From the NCBI GenBank assembly GCA_963711835.1, contig CAVQFQ010000005.1, forward strand, positions 256,001-320,000: a stretch of DNA of 64,000 nt. Reading direction: 5' to 3'. Below, one piece after another: positions 30,963 through 41,771 of this stretch; position 1 is the stretch's first letter, and the number at the start of each line of letters is the position of its first letter. A model generated the notes under the pieces. That model saw nothing but the letters and a program-made list of their open reading frames with translations. It had not been told where the DNA came from and ran no database searches. The position numbers and the translations under genes are program-made. The stretch is from an uncultured delta proteobacterium (GTDB taxonomy: Bacteria > Desulfobacterota > RBG-13-43-22).

Positions 30963-31029
30963 TGAGAAAGCTTAGGGGGATTGACGGCCTTGTTTTTTTA
31001 AGGTATTACGTTACCGAGAGATCGTTAAG

Positions 31030-31908
31030 GTGTCAAGACCTTTGAAGAATCACCCTAAGAAAAAAATTGCAGGCCCTTCCTTGCTCCTGACCAATGACGA
31101 TGGGATATTCGCCAAGGGACTGGAGAGCCTGGTCAAGGCCCTGTCCGGGGAATACAACCTTTGGGTGGTAGCCCCCGAATCGGAACAAAGTGCCGTAGGT
31201 CATGCCCTGACCCTCACCCAACCCTTGCGGGTCAAGAAGATCTTTAAAAACGGAGGTTTTTTCGGTTATGGCGTAAGTGGGACACCGGCCGACTGTGTCA
31301 AGATCGCCTTAAATGAACTGATCTCCCCGCCTCCTGATCTGCTTATCTCCGGGATTAATCTGGGTCCTAATGTGGGCGTCAATGTTATCTATTCGGGAAC
31401 CGTCTCGGCCGCTACCGAAGGGGCCATGATGGGCTTGACTTCCCTGGCTATTTCCATTGATTCCTACCGGACCCGCAACTTCCGGGCCGCCGCCCGGATT
31501 GCCGGCCGGTTGGTGGACCTCCTGCTTCAGGCCCCCCTGCCTTCCGGCGTTTCGCTCAATGTGAATGTCCCGGACCTGCCTCTATCTAAGATCAAAGGGA
31601 TTCGCCTGGTCCGCCAAGGGACCTTCCGCTTCCTGGAGCGCTTCGAGCAACGGATAGATCCCAGAGAGAATATCTATTACTGGCAGGCCGGCATCCTGCC
31701 TCCGCCGGAAGAAGCCCCGGACACGGATCACGCCCTGTTATCGGCCGGATACGTCACCCTGACCCCCATCAGCTATGATTTGACCCATTACCCCTCGCTG
31801 ACCAAATTAAAGTTTTTAGAAAAATCAATGGTCAAGAAAGGGGCCGAAGGTTCGATTCCGCTGCGGCGAAAAGGGCTCAAGCGTTCAATTAAAAAAGGAC
31901 CAAAATAA
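31030..31908 (+). CDS. surE: 5'/3'-nucleotidase SurE
   Basis: LLTNDDG, SGTPADCV, SGINLGPN, YSGTVSAA. Confidence 0.96.
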   Translation: MSRPLKNHPKKKIAGPSLLLTNDDGIFAKGLESLVKALSGEYNLWVVAPESEQSAVGHALTLTQPLRVKKIFKNGGFFGYGVSGTPADCVKIALNELISPPPDLLISGINLGPNVGVNVIYSGTVSAATEGAMMGLTSLAISIDSYRTRNFRAAARIAGRLVDLLLQAPLPSGVSLNVNVPDLPLSKIKGIRLVRQGTFRFLERFEQRIDPRENIYYWQAGILPPPEEAPDTDHALLSAGYVTLTPISYDLTHYPSLTKLKFLEKSMVKKGAEGSIPLRRKGLKRSIKKGPK

Positions 31909-31910
31909 AA

Positions 31911-31954
31911 TACCGGACACCCCATGCCTGAAATCAGGCATAGGGTGTCCGGTA
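31911..31954. terminator. Long hairpin, probable bidirectional terminator
   Basis: taccggacacc..atgcctga-aa-tcaggcat..ggtgtccggta between convergent genes. Confidence 0.65.
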
Positions 31955-32015
31955 ACGGGTATCCGGTATCAGGCCCCCTTGGACCCTTGAATCCTTGACC
32001 CCTTGAACCCCGCTA

Positions 32016-33836
32016 TTAAAACGCCCCTTCCGGAATATCAAGGGCCGAGGTGTCCTCCTGCTCCAGGGTGGCGTGACGAGCAAAAACATTGGGCAGGATA
32101 TTCCGGCAGAAGTACTTAACCGTTTCTATCTTGCCCTTGTAAAAGATCCCGTCCGCCGATCCGGCCTCGACCTCCTTCAGTTTTTCCCGGGCCAGCAACC
32201 CCTGTTCCAGGAGCAGATGGGCCATCAGCACCTCGGAGAAACATTCCAGGAAGCGGGTGGAGCTCAAGGCGATCAGGCTGAGCTTCCCGCTCCCGAAATA
32301 CTGCATATAGCGCAGGGCATAATCCCCAGTGGCCTGAGCCGCCTTAAAGAGGAGCTTAAAGTCCGCCCCAAAATCAGGATCTTCCTTGTACTGGCTGGTA
32401 AAGGCCATAGCTTCCTGGATCCAATCCTGAAAGACCTGGCCGCCTGCCATGCCCAGCTTGCGGCCGACAAGATCCAGGGACTGGATATAGTTGGTGCCCT
32501 CCCAGATGCCAACGATCTTTTCATCCCGGGCATATTGCTCCACTGGAAATTCCTGGCAGTACCCGACACCCCCCAAAACCTGTATGGCATCACGAATCAG
32601 GATATAACCGAAATCGGATAAATGGGCCTTGACCAAGGGGGTTAGGAGCTCTACCTGGTTCATGGCCTTTTTCTGTTTTTCCGGATCCGGGTCAAATTCG
32701 GCCACATCGATCAGGTAATAGAGCTTGCCGATCATGGCCCGCATGCCTTCCGTGCCGGCCTTGAGGTTCATCAGCATTCGGCGCACATCTTCGTGCTGAA
32801 TAATCGGCACCCGGCCTCCCCGGCGGTTGGTGAAAAGCGGGCCCTGGATCCGCTCCTTGGCATATTGCCGGGCCGTGTCGTAGGCGGCGGCCGCCAGGCC
32901 CAGGGCCTGAACCCCGCAGCCAATACGGGCTTCGTTCATCATCTGGAACATCTTGGCCATGCCGCTGTGAGGTTCACCCAGCAGGATACCCCGGCAGCCG
33001 CCCTTTTCCCCGAAGATCAGGGTTGCGGTTGAGGAGCCGTGGATGCCCATTTTATGCTCGATGTTGCTGCAAAAGACGTCATTGGGTTCCCCCAAGGTCC
33101 GGTCGGGGTTGACCCAGATCTTGGGCACGATAAACAGGCTGATGCCCTTGGTCCCCGGGGGACCCCCTTCAACACGAGCCAGGACCAGGTGGATGATGTT
33201 TTCTGCCAGGTCATGATTTCCGCAGGTGATAAAACACTTACTACCCTCAATTTTATATATTCGAGGGTCTTTTGATTCCGGGTCAGGTACGGCCTTGGTT
33301 CGCTGGTAGCCCACATCAGAGCCGGCATCGGCCTCGGTTAGACACATGGTGCCGGTCCAAACGCCGCTATTCATTTTTTCCAAAAAAAGGTTTCGATCCC
33401 CATCGGTGCCAAAATGCTGTATGACCCGGGCATTGGCTATGGTCAGGCCGGGATAGGTCATAAAGGCCATATTGGCGGCAACAAAGAATTCCGCTACCAA
33501 TCCGGCCAGTGAGGCCGGCAAACCCTGGCCCCCGAATTCCGGACTGCTGGACAAGGCGATCCAACTGTTTTCCCTCATGACCTTCCAGCAGTTATGGAAG
33601 GATTGCGGTACGCTGACTTCGCCTTCTGTATAGGTGCAGCCTTCCCGGTCGCCATCCTGGTTGGCCGGGCCTAAAACCTCTTTGCAGAGCTTTTGGGCCT
33701 CCTGAAGGATCATTTCAAAATCCTCCCGGCTGAAGTCCTTGTAGGCTTCATAGTTTAAGAGTTCCGTTATCTTGAGCCATTCAAAGAGAACGAACTTCGT
33801 ATCGCGGTCGTCTCGGTTAAAAAAATTTTTCCCCAT
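32016..33836 (-). CDS. Acyl-CoA dehydrogenase (long form)
   Basis: TMCLTEADAGSDVG, IEHKMGIHGS, MMNEARI, QVLGGVGY, IWEGTNYIQ. Confidence 0.95.
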   Translation of the reverse strand: MGKNFFNRDDRDTKFVLFEWLKITELLNYEAYKDFSREDFEMILQEAQKLCKEVLGPANQDGDREGCTYTEGEVSVPQSFHNCWKVMRENSWIALSSSPEFGGQGLPASLAGLVAEFFVAANMAFMTYPGLTIANARVIQHFGTDGDRNLFLEKMNSGVWTGTMCLTEADAGSDVGYQRTKAVPDPESKDPRIYKIEGSKCFITCGNHDLAENIIHLVLARVEGGPPGTKGISLFIVPKIWVNPDRTLGEPNDVFCSNIEHKMGIHGSSTATLIFGEKGGCRGILLGEPHSGMAKMFQMMNEARIGCGVQALGLAAAAYDTARQYAKERIQGPLFTNRRGGRVPIIQHEDVRRMLMNLKAGTEGMRAMIGKLYYLIDVAEFDPDPEKQKKAMNQVELLTPLVKAHLSDFGYILIRDAIQVLGGVGYCQEFPVEQYARDEKIVGIWEGTNYIQSLDLVGRKLGMAGGQVFQDWIQEAMAFTSQYKEDPDFGADFKLLFKAAQATGDYALRYMQYFGSGKLSLIALSSTRFLECFSEVLMAHLLLEQGLLAREKLKEVEAGSADGIFYKGKIETVKYFCRNILPNVFARHATLEQEDTSALDIPEGAF

Positions 33837-34074
33837 TTCTTTTACCTATTCCTTTCTCTTGCTTTTTTAAGGGCAGCCGCGAGAGGCTTTCATCCCACTG
33901 TTCCTGTTCATTTATAAATAATATAAACCCCTTTTGTCAATGGGCTTATGTCCTGTTATGGATATGAATTTGATATTATTATGTTTAACCGTTTGATAAA
34001 TGGGCGGGCCGCCCTTATCCATTCAAAAAAGCAAAGATTTTGACTCTCTAACCGCTATCTTGTATAAAGCAATA

Positions 34075-36073
34075 ATGGAACAAACCTTTAAACTGGTCTC
34101 CGGGTTCAGCCCTATGGGCGATCAGCCCCAGGCCATCGAACAACTGGTTCAGGGGCTGAGGCAGGGGCTGCAGCACCAGGTCCTTTTAGGGGTGACCGGT
34201 TCCGGCAAGACCTTCACCATGGCCCAGGTGGTGGCCCTGATCCAGAAGCCCACCCTGGTTCTGGCCCCCAACAAGACTCTGGCCGCCCAGCTCTACGGGG
34301 AATTCAAATCCTTCTTTCCCGAGAATGCCGTGGAATATTTCGTCAGTTATTATGACTATTATCAACCCGAGGCCTATATCCCCCAGAGTGATACCTATAT
34401 TGAAAAGGATTCCTCCATCAACGAAGAGATCGATAAGATGCGCCATTCGGCCACCCGTTCCCTGCTGACCCGAAAGGACGTTCTGATCGTAGCCAGTGTT
34501 TCCTGTATTTACGGCTTAGGCTCCCCGGAAGCCTACCAGGGGATGCTCCTCTCCTTGACTGAGGGAGAGGAAATTTCCCGGGAATCGGTTTTGGCCAAGC
34601 TGGTATCCATGTTGTATGAAAGAAACGACTTCGATTTCCATCGGGGGACCTTCAGGGTCCGGGGGGATAATGTTGAGGTTTTTCCGGCCTATGAAGCGGA
34701 CCAGGCGGTTCGAATCTCCTTTTTTGGAGATTGCATCGAGGCCATCTCGACCCTCGACCCCTTGCAGGGGAAAACCAGGGAACGGCTGCAGCAAGTCCAC
34801 CTATTTCCCAACAGCCATTATGTGACTACCCCGGACCGGATAGAAAAGGCTATGAGGGCCATTGAAGAGGAACTCGAGGAACGGATCCCTTTTTTCCGGT
34901 CTCAGAATAAATTGATCGAGGCCCAACGGATCGAAGAACGGACCCGCTTTGATCTGGAAATGATGAAAGAGCTGGGTTACTGTCACGGCATTGAAAATTA
35001 TTCCCGGCACCTGACCGGGCAGGCTTCCCGGGCAGCCGCCCCCTACCCTCCTGGAATATTTCCCCCGGGACTTCCTCCTTTTCACCGATGAAAGCCATCT
35101 GGCCATTCCTCAGCTCCAGGGCATGTATCGGGGAGATCGTTCCCGAAAAGAGACCCTGGTGAATTACGGCTTCAGGCTGCCCTCGGCTCTGGACAACCGG
35201 CCTTTAAATTTTCAGGAATTTGAAGGCCTGGTCCATCAGGTCATTTATGTTTCCGCCACGCCGGCCGAGTATGAATTGAAAAAAGCCCAGGGGCTGGTGG
35301 CGGAACAGATCATCCGCCCCACCGGTTTGACCGACCCCGAGATCCGCGTCTTTCCGGCCGAAAATCAGGTGGAACATCTCAGGCAGGCCCTTGAAAAAAG
35401 GGTGGCCAAAAAAGAGCGGGTCCTGATGACCACCCTGACCAAACGGCTGGCGGAAAATCTGACGGAATATTATCAGGAGATGGGTCTGAAGGTCCGCTAC
35501 CTCCATTCGGACATCGCTACCCTGGAGCGGATTGAAATAATCCGGGATTTGCGGCTGGGGGTCTTTGACGGCTTGATCGGCATCAATCTCCTCAGGGAGG
35601 GTCTGGATCTGCCGGAAGTAAGTCTGGTGGCCATCCTGGATGCCGATAAGGAAGGCTTTCTCCGTTCCAGCCGCTCTCTGATCCAGACCTGCGGCCGGGC
35701 CGCCCGAAACATCGCGGGCGAGGTTTATCTCTACGCCGACCGGATGACTCAATCCATGAAAACCGCCATTGAGGAAACCGAAAAACGCCGGATCATCCAG
35801 ATGGCCTATAACAAAAAACACCGGATCACCCCGACCTCCATTAAAAAATCAATTAACGATATCCTTTCTTCCGTTTATGAAGCGGATTATTACACCGTGC
35901 CCGTGGCCGGTGAAGCGCAAAGGGAATTTGTCGAACCGAAGCAGATCCCAAAGCGTATCAAAGAGCTCAAGAAACGGATGAAAGAGGCGGCCGCCCGCCT
36001 TGACTTTGAGGAGGCGACTGAATTGAGGGATCGGATCAAAACCCTTCAGGAAGAGGAGTTATTATGGAAATAA
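34075..36073 (+). CDS. uvrB: Excinuclease ABC subunit B; +1 frameshift at G run 35017-35019
   Basis: [31 protein letters not shown]; removing one G restores [18 protein letters not shown] and a 665-aa protein. Confidence 0.95.
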
Positions 36074-36100
36074 GCAAGGATGGGTTTTTAAGGAGCGCTT

Positions 36101-37657
36101 ATGAGTGCCTGGGAATTTAGCGGATTGTTGCTGGTCGGCTTTGTCCTGGGTCTGGCCCTGGCCTGGCTGTTTTTTCGGGGCCGGACCTCCCAAAAAATAA
36201 CCCAGGCCCTGCAACCCAGCCAATCGGAACTGGCCGTCCTTAAGGAACGTCTTAGCGGACGGGAGTCTGAAATTCAGGGCTTGCAGGCCAACGATCGGGA
36301 AACGGTCCTGGATATGGGCAGGCTCCGAGATAGCCTTCTTGAGGAGAGTCAAAAACGGGCAGCGGCCCAGAAAGAGCTTGAACAGTTGGCTCCCTTAAAA
36401 ATCCAGCTTCTGGAACGGGAAAAAGAAAATTCGGTCTTACGGGAAGAGATCACCGGTCTGAAACAAGTGCAGGCTGAATTGGAAACCACCCTGCACCAGG
36501 AGCGCCGGGCCATGGAAGAAAAGATCGCCTTCCTGAACGAGGCCAGCCAAAGGATGGAACAGGCCTTTAAAGCCCTTTCCCTGGAATGCCTGCGGGCGAA
36601 TAACCGGCAATTCCTGGATCTGGCCCAGGCCACCCTGGAAAAATTTCAGACCGAGGCCAAGGGGGACTTGGAGCAAAAACAGAAGGCCGTAGAAGGGACC
36701 GTGGCCCCCCTAAAAGAAACCCTGGAAAAATATACCCAACAAGTCCAGGCCATGGAAACAGCCCGCCAGCAGGCCTACGGCAGCCTGAGCCAATATCTGG
36801 AGAGCATGGCAGCCACGGAACAACGCCTGCAAATGGAGACCGGCAATTTGGTCAAGGCCCTGAGAGCCCCCCAGGTACGGGGGCGATGGGGAGAAATCAC
36901 CTTGCGGCGGGTGGCCGAACTGGCCGGCATGTCGGCCCATTGTGATTTCAGCGAGCAGGAGTCCGTCCTTTCCGAAGATGGACGGCTGCGCCCAGACATG
37001 CTGGTAAAGTTACCGAATAACAAGCTGGTCGTGGTCGATTCCAAGGCCCCTTTGCAGTCCTATTTGGATTCCCTGGAAAGCCAGACCGAAGAGGATCGCA
37101 AGAACAAACTCCGGGAACATGCCCGGCTGATCCAGGTTCACCTGCAGAAGCTATCAGCCAAGAACTACTGGGACCAGTTCCCGGAGACGCCTGAATTCGT
37201 CATCCTTTTTTTACCCGGGGAGAATTTCTTCAGCGCCGCCCTGGAACAAAACCCCCATCTGATCGAAGAAGGGGTGAATCAAAAAGTGATTCTGGCCACC
37301 CCGACCACCCTGATAACCCTGCTCCGGGCCGTAGCCTACGGCTGGCGCCAGGAGAGTCTGGCGGAGAACGCCCAGGCCATCAGCGAATTGGGGAAAATAC
37401 TTTACGAACGCCTGGCCAAGATGGCCGGCCATCTGGAGGTCTTGGGAAAGTACCTTGACAAATCCGTTCAGACCTATAACGAATCCATCGGGTCTTTGGA
37501 AACCCGGGTCCTGACCGCGGCCCGAAAATTCAAGGAGCTGGGCATCAGTTCCAAATGGGAAATAGCCGAGTTGCAGCCTCTCGAAAAAACCTCCCGGGCC
37601 CTCCAGGCCCCGGAGCTCCTCACTTCTGAAACTGAAGACAGCAGTGATGGCCAATAA
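36101..37657 (+). CDS. rmuC: DNA recombination protein RmuC
   Basis: N-terminal TM plus coiled coil; RGRWGE, RPDM, VDSKAP, ATPTTL. Confidence 0.93.
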   Translation: MSAWEFSGLLLVGFVLGLALAWLFFRGRTSQKITQALQPSQSELAVLKERLSGRESEIQGLQANDRETVLDMGRLRDSLLEESQKRAAAQKELEQLAPLKIQLLEREKENSVLREEITGLKQVQAELETTLHQERRAMEEKIAFLNEASQRMEQAFKALSLECLRANNRQFLDLAQATLEKFQTEAKGDLEQKQKAVEGTVAPLKETLEKYTQQVQAMETARQQAYGSLSQYLESMAATEQRLQMETGNLVKALRAPQVRGRWGEITLRRVAELAGMSAHCDFSEQESVLSEDGRLRPDMLVKLPNNKLVVVDSKAPLQSYLDSLESQTEEDRKNKLREHARLIQVHLQKLSAKNYWDQFPETPEFVILFLPGENFFSAALEQNPHLIEEGVNQKVILATPTTLITLLRAVAYGWRQESLAENAQAISELGKILYERLAKMAGHLEVLGKYLDKSVQTYNESIGSLETRVLTAARKFKELGISSKWEIAELQPLEKTSRALQAPELLTSETEDSSDGQ

Positions 37658-37658
37658 A

Positions 37659-37695
37659 AAGACGGGGTGAGCCATCGATGAGGCCACCCCGTCTT
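37659..37695 (-). terminator. Intrinsic terminator (hsp20/rmuC)
   Basis: aagacggggtg/caccccgtctt stem with T-tract on the minus strand. Confidence 0.65.
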
Positions 37696-37759
37696 GAAAT
37701 ATAAATTTTTTTTTAATTTGTTAGTCTGTTCCTTGAATCCTGGATTATCGCTCCCTGAA

Positions 37760-38209
37760 TTAACCTTCTATTTTTATCTTCTTGGCTTCAGGGGCCTTTT
37801 TTTGAGGCATCTTAAGCAACAGAATACCGTCCTTGAAACTGGCTTCAACACCGCCTTCTTCAACCTCTCCAGGGAGTCGCAGACTCCTGGAAAAGGATCC
37901 GTAGCTTGATTCCAGGAGATAGTAATTAGCCCCTTCCTCCTCTTTCTTGGCCTCTTTTTTCCCGCTGATGGTGACTATGTTATTATCGATGGTCAGGTTC
38001 AGGTCATCCTTGGTTACGCCCGGCACCTCCGCCGTCAAGTAATAGACCCCTTCTTTTTCATAAAAATTTAAGGTTGGAACCCACTCCTCTCCTTTAAACC
38101 GAGGCCATTCACGCCAGAGACGGTCAAGCCATGCATCGCCTATGCCTTCTTCTCCAAAGGGAGTCATCCAGGAGGGCCGGCGGCCCTTTCTAATTAACGG
38201 CATGCTCAT
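37760..38209 (-). CDS. Small heat-shock protein Hsp20
   Basis: AEVPGV, YGSFSRSLRLP, ASFKDGIL, KKIKIE. Confidence 0.95.
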   Translation of the reverse strand: MSMPLIRKGRRPSWMTPFGEEGIGDAWLDRLWREWPRFKGEEWVPTLNFYEKEGVYYLTAEVPGVTKDDLNLTIDNNIVTISGKKEAKKEEEGANYYLLESSYGSFSRSLRLPGEVEEGGVEASFKDGILLLKMPQKKAPEAKKIKIEG

Positions 38210-38286
38210 AATCAGCTCCTCCTTCCTTACCCAAAGTTTTTTTCTATAAATTTGGCGGCCATCAAAATCGGCTACCTTTAGGAAGA

Positions 38287-38315
38287 AAATTAAGGTCGAG
38301 GAGAAAGAGTGTCAA
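38287..38315 (-). promoter_or_regulatory. Candidate sigma70 promoter of hsp20
   Basis: TTGACA-17 bp-TAATTT. Confidence 0.5.
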
Positions 38316-38461
38316 GGCCATAAACCGAAATTATGGTATCGTTCAAAAGTTATGGCCTTATATTTCTGATACCCGATGGAAAGGGACCGGGGGTCTCCGG
38401 TGAAAGAAAAAGTTTTCCGGCCAGCCCGGATTAGCAGGCACTCATTAATAACTGGCTGATT

Positions 38462-39592
38462 TTAAGGGGACCCGATCCGGCTGCCGACCTTTTCCGCCTC
38501 ATCCTTTTTGGCATTGGATTTCTGGACCAGGGTCTTGTCTTTCTTTCGGATCGCTTCCGCCAGGAGCAGCCAGCTTTCCTCCCTGAGCTTCATGTAGGTC
38601 AGGACCGTCCGGGCCCTTTTCTCCAACCTTGGGGGAAGGTGCTTCAGGGAGGCCAGGCGGGCCCGGCCGGACCGCCATTCCGGGAGGATGCCTTTTTCAA
38701 TGATTTCCTTGACCTGATCATCGGTCAGTTTGTCCTGGCGGGCCTGCCCGAGGGCCTGATTAAAGGTGGCGATCAGGTTTTTTTCCATTTCCAGGAAACG
38801 GTCCATCTCCTGGTCGAAGCGGGCCACATCCTTGGGCAAGCCCAGGAAAACAACAATCAGGATCCCGGCGCCGATCAGGGCCACCCGAGCGCTTCGTCCC
38901 GGTCTGGTCTTAATCCCGGCTTCGGTCAGGGGATGGGAGAGCAGCAGGGCGCAAAAAAATCCCATGACCAACCCCCCCACATGAGCCGCCATGTCAATAT
39001 GGGTTTGGCTCAGCCCAGCTATCAGGTTATAGCCTAAAAAAATCAGGGCGTCCCTGGCGATCCTCTTTCGGATCCCCGGCGGCAAGGCCAGGTTATTTCG
39101 GATGAGCAGTCCCAACAAGGCCCCGAAGAGGCCGAAAATGGCCCCCGAGGCCCCGGCGCTGACTGCCAGAGGGTTCCAGATCAGGCTGGCCAGGCTTCCG
39201 CCGACGCCCGAGATGAGATACAGAAACATAAACCCGAGATTGCCGAGCAACCGTTCTACCAGAAAACCCACCGCAAAAAGGACATACATGTTAAAAAGGA
39301 GGTGAATCAGTCCGATGTGGATGAAGGTATTGCTGATCAGGCGCCACCATTCCCCACCCAGGGTCCGGGGCCCGTAGTTGGCCCCCCAATTAACCAGATC
39401 TTCCGTTGCCGGGTCCCAGAAACCGGTTCCCGTCAGAACCATGCCCAGGAAGATGATAAGATTTAAGACAATAAAGGCCGGAGTTACCATGGCCTGGGGA
39501 GTGGCCTGGTACAGGACCTCCTGAAACTTATCTAAGACCTCTTCCGGATCCGGCCCTTCTTTTTCCGCCGCCTGCTTCAGTTCTTCGGACAT
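38462..39592 (-). CDS. Rhomboid intramembrane serine protease with C-terminal helical extension
   Basis: WWRL, HIGLIHLLFN, GASGAIFG, AHVGG. Confidence 0.93.
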   Translation of the reverse strand: MSEELKQAAEKEGPDPEEVLDKFQEVLYQATPQAMVTPAFIVLNLIIFLGMVLTGTGFWDPATEDLVNWGANYGPRTLGGEWWRLISNTFIHIGLIHLLFNMYVLFAVGFLVERLLGNLGFMFLYLISGVGGSLASLIWNPLAVSAGASGAIFGLFGALLGLLIRNNLALPPGIRKRIARDALIFLGYNLIAGLSQTHIDMAAHVGGLVMGFFCALLLSHPLTEAGIKTRPGRSARVALIGAGILIVVFLGLPKDVARFDQEMDRFLEMEKNLIATFNQALGQARQDKLTDDQVKEIIEKGILPEWRSGRARLASLKHLPPRLEKRARTVLTYMKLREESWLLLAEAIRKKDKTLVQKSNAKKDEAEKVGSRIGSP

Positions 39593-39610
39593 GATGGTTT
39601 CCTTGTAATG

Positions 39611-39765
39611 AACTACTCCGCAGCAAGCTACAGGGTAGCCTAGGTCAGGCCGGACTTGATAAGCCTGCCCCGGCAGGCATTAAGCCGGGGCATCCAGTTT
39701 GGTTTATTGGATTCCGGCCTGCGTCGGAATGACGGATTCGCGGCAAGCCGCGGGGTATTAAACCC
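39611..39765. repeat. Composite palindromic repeat (IS200/IS605-end-like hairpins around a REP-like unit)
   Basis: aactactccgcagcaagctacagggta ... tggattccggcctgcgtcggaatgac ... gcggcaagccgcggggtatta. Confidence 0.55.
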
Positions 39766-40327
39766 TAAAAGAGAAAAAGTGTTATTCGTGAAATGGCTTG
39801 GATTTTATCTCAATAGGCAACCCATACGCAACCCTTTTCCTTGGTTTGCAAGGGGTGGACTTATGGGATTCTTCACCATCAATTCGAAACCAACCGGGAA
39901 GACCTGGGGCAGTCAAAGCAGCTCTTACATGGGATTGAGGCCCTTAGATATTTGATGGTGGGTCTAAAATCTTATCCCTGGAAACCCCTTAAAAAGGAGC
40001 AATTGCGCCGGGGTCCCTTGACCCTATCAGATATAGCGGCCCTGGATATAAAGAGGGCTTGGCGGGAGGCCCGGGGGGAATGGGATTATGATTATTTGGG
40101 AATTATGGGATGAATGAGGAAGTTAAGATTTTATATTTCAAACACTGCCAAGCAGCCTGAAAAGACTTCCTAAGGTCTTGTTTTTGAATTTTGGGGTGGG
40201 TCAACTCTGACCCACCCCTTTCTTTCAGGTGGGATGACGCTGGCCTGATCAATGAAGAGCACTCAAGCCGGGTGACCGGAAACTTCTTGCCGATCTCAGC
40301 CGCTGTGCCTGGGAATCCCCGAAGGTC

Positions 40328-40886
40328 TTGCTCCAGGAGGCGGTTCCCGAAAACGATCCCATCCCCGGCGCGGTCCTCGCTGTGCAGACGTTCGGTGACT
40401 TCCTTGGATTCAATCCGCACTGCCACATTCTCGTCACGGATGGCTGTTTTTATGGTGATGGCGGCATGTTCCGCGTCGCACTGCCCTTTGAGCTAAAAAA
40501 GTTAGAGGCCCTCTTCCGGCACAAGATATTCAGGATGCTGCTGAACAAGGGGAAGATCACGGAGGAGATGATAGGGATGCTCTCGGCATGGAAACATTCC
40601 GGGTTCCATGTCTTCTGCGGCAACCGTATCTCTCCCGACGAGGAAACGGCTATGGAGAACCTGGCCCGCTACATCATCCGGGCGTCATTCTCCCAGGAAA
40701 GGATGGCCTATCTCCCTGATTAAGACCACAGTGCTTTACCTATCCAAGGACAACCGGCAAGAAAAAACTTTTGATGCCTTAGAATGGCTGGCGGCCATGA
40801 CCTCTAATATCCCCGATCACGGTGAGTCCCGCCACAGTTCTTTATATGGCTACTATAGTAACCTCTCCCGGGGGCTCAATGCCTGA
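40328..40886 (+). pseudogene. IS91-family (Y2 HUH) transposase fragment
   Basis: QTFGDFLGFNPHCHIL (HUH), WKHSGFHV, LARYIIRA, YGYYSN; 5' truncated, with internal stop and frameshift. Confidence 0.85.
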
Positions 40887-40934
40887 ATGTAAGCCGGGCC
40901 GCGAAGCGGCGTCGGCATGGATGAATTGTTAGAT
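40874..40934 (-). mobile_element. Degenerate integron attC site (aadA-type 59-base element-like)
   Basis: ATCTAACaattcatccatgccgacgccgcttcgcggcccggcttacattcaggcATTGAGC: RYYYAAC start, internal palindrome, R' box G>A. Confidence 0.8.
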
Positions 40935-41296
40935 CGGCTGACACAGGTCTTTCAGTCGATTGCACGGAGAACCAGACCATTTATGCTCGCAATGCAACAC
41001 GACGCAAAACTCGTTTTTTCTGGTCTCAAATCTTAGCATATGAAATCTTTCTTCATTGTCGTAATGAAAAACAAAGTTAAATACAGCTTCCTCTCCAATG
41101 TGCAAATCAAAATTAACTTCAGTGTTATTGCCCGCGTAATCTTCAGTAACGAGAAAAGAATGTGTACGTAGTGGACGAAAGAGCTTAAACTCGAATTTGA
41201 CTCAGGCTTGAATTATAAACCGGAATACCGCTTATGACCTTCCAGATGTTTTCTTCTATAAATCTTATTTTTTCCAATTTTGATATGGTATGGTTC

Positions 41297-41734
41297 ATTA
41301 ATCCCAAAGCAATTTGCCCAAGACCAATATCCAAAGGTTGCTTGTCATCGACTCAGCTAAAGGGTGCATGTAATTGCGGAACTCCTTAAATTTCTTGAAT
41401 GTATCGAAAAATTCTGGAGCGATAATTCCCAAATCCTTTGCTAGCACTATCTTTTCGGCCAATACCAACTTGTCAAAGTCTTTTAAAGAGCCACCTTTCT
41501 TCTTAGGGTAGGAGAAAGGTGGACTTTTGATTTTATTGATATTTAGCGCAAGAACATTCGATAGTATTCCTTCAGAGTGGACATAGAGAGGTATACCATG
41601 CTTCTGTGTGCATTTATGATCGTCAGACTATCAATCGCGGTAAGAATTGTCCTTATTATCTGTGCCAGTTCGGGGTCGGACAGGAAGTAGAGATCTTTGC
41701 ATGTAGCCTCCAATTGGATCAGGACAGTATGCAA
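41297..41734 (-). pseudogene. Frameshifted AT-rich cassette gene with HEPN-like RNxxH motif
   Basis: ...MVYLSMST/EGILSNVL...LAEKIVLAKDLGII...FKEFRNYMHP; frameshift near 41575. Confidence 0.55.
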
Positions 41735-41771
41735 ATTCTTCCGCCATTTAATGCGTCGAGGACCCGTAAAA

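Noticed and set aside
35011-35050. Programmed frameshift in uvrB
   Set aside because: No slippery heptamer; matches the window-wide +1 homopolymer pattern
38210-38460. CIRCE operator for hsp20
   Set aside because: ttagcaggcactc only loosely resembles one arm; no TTAGCACTC-N9-GAGTGCTAA
39841-40113. 90-aa ORF at the edge of the mobile region
   Set aside because: No recognisable family or clear start; may be a remnant but cannot be supported
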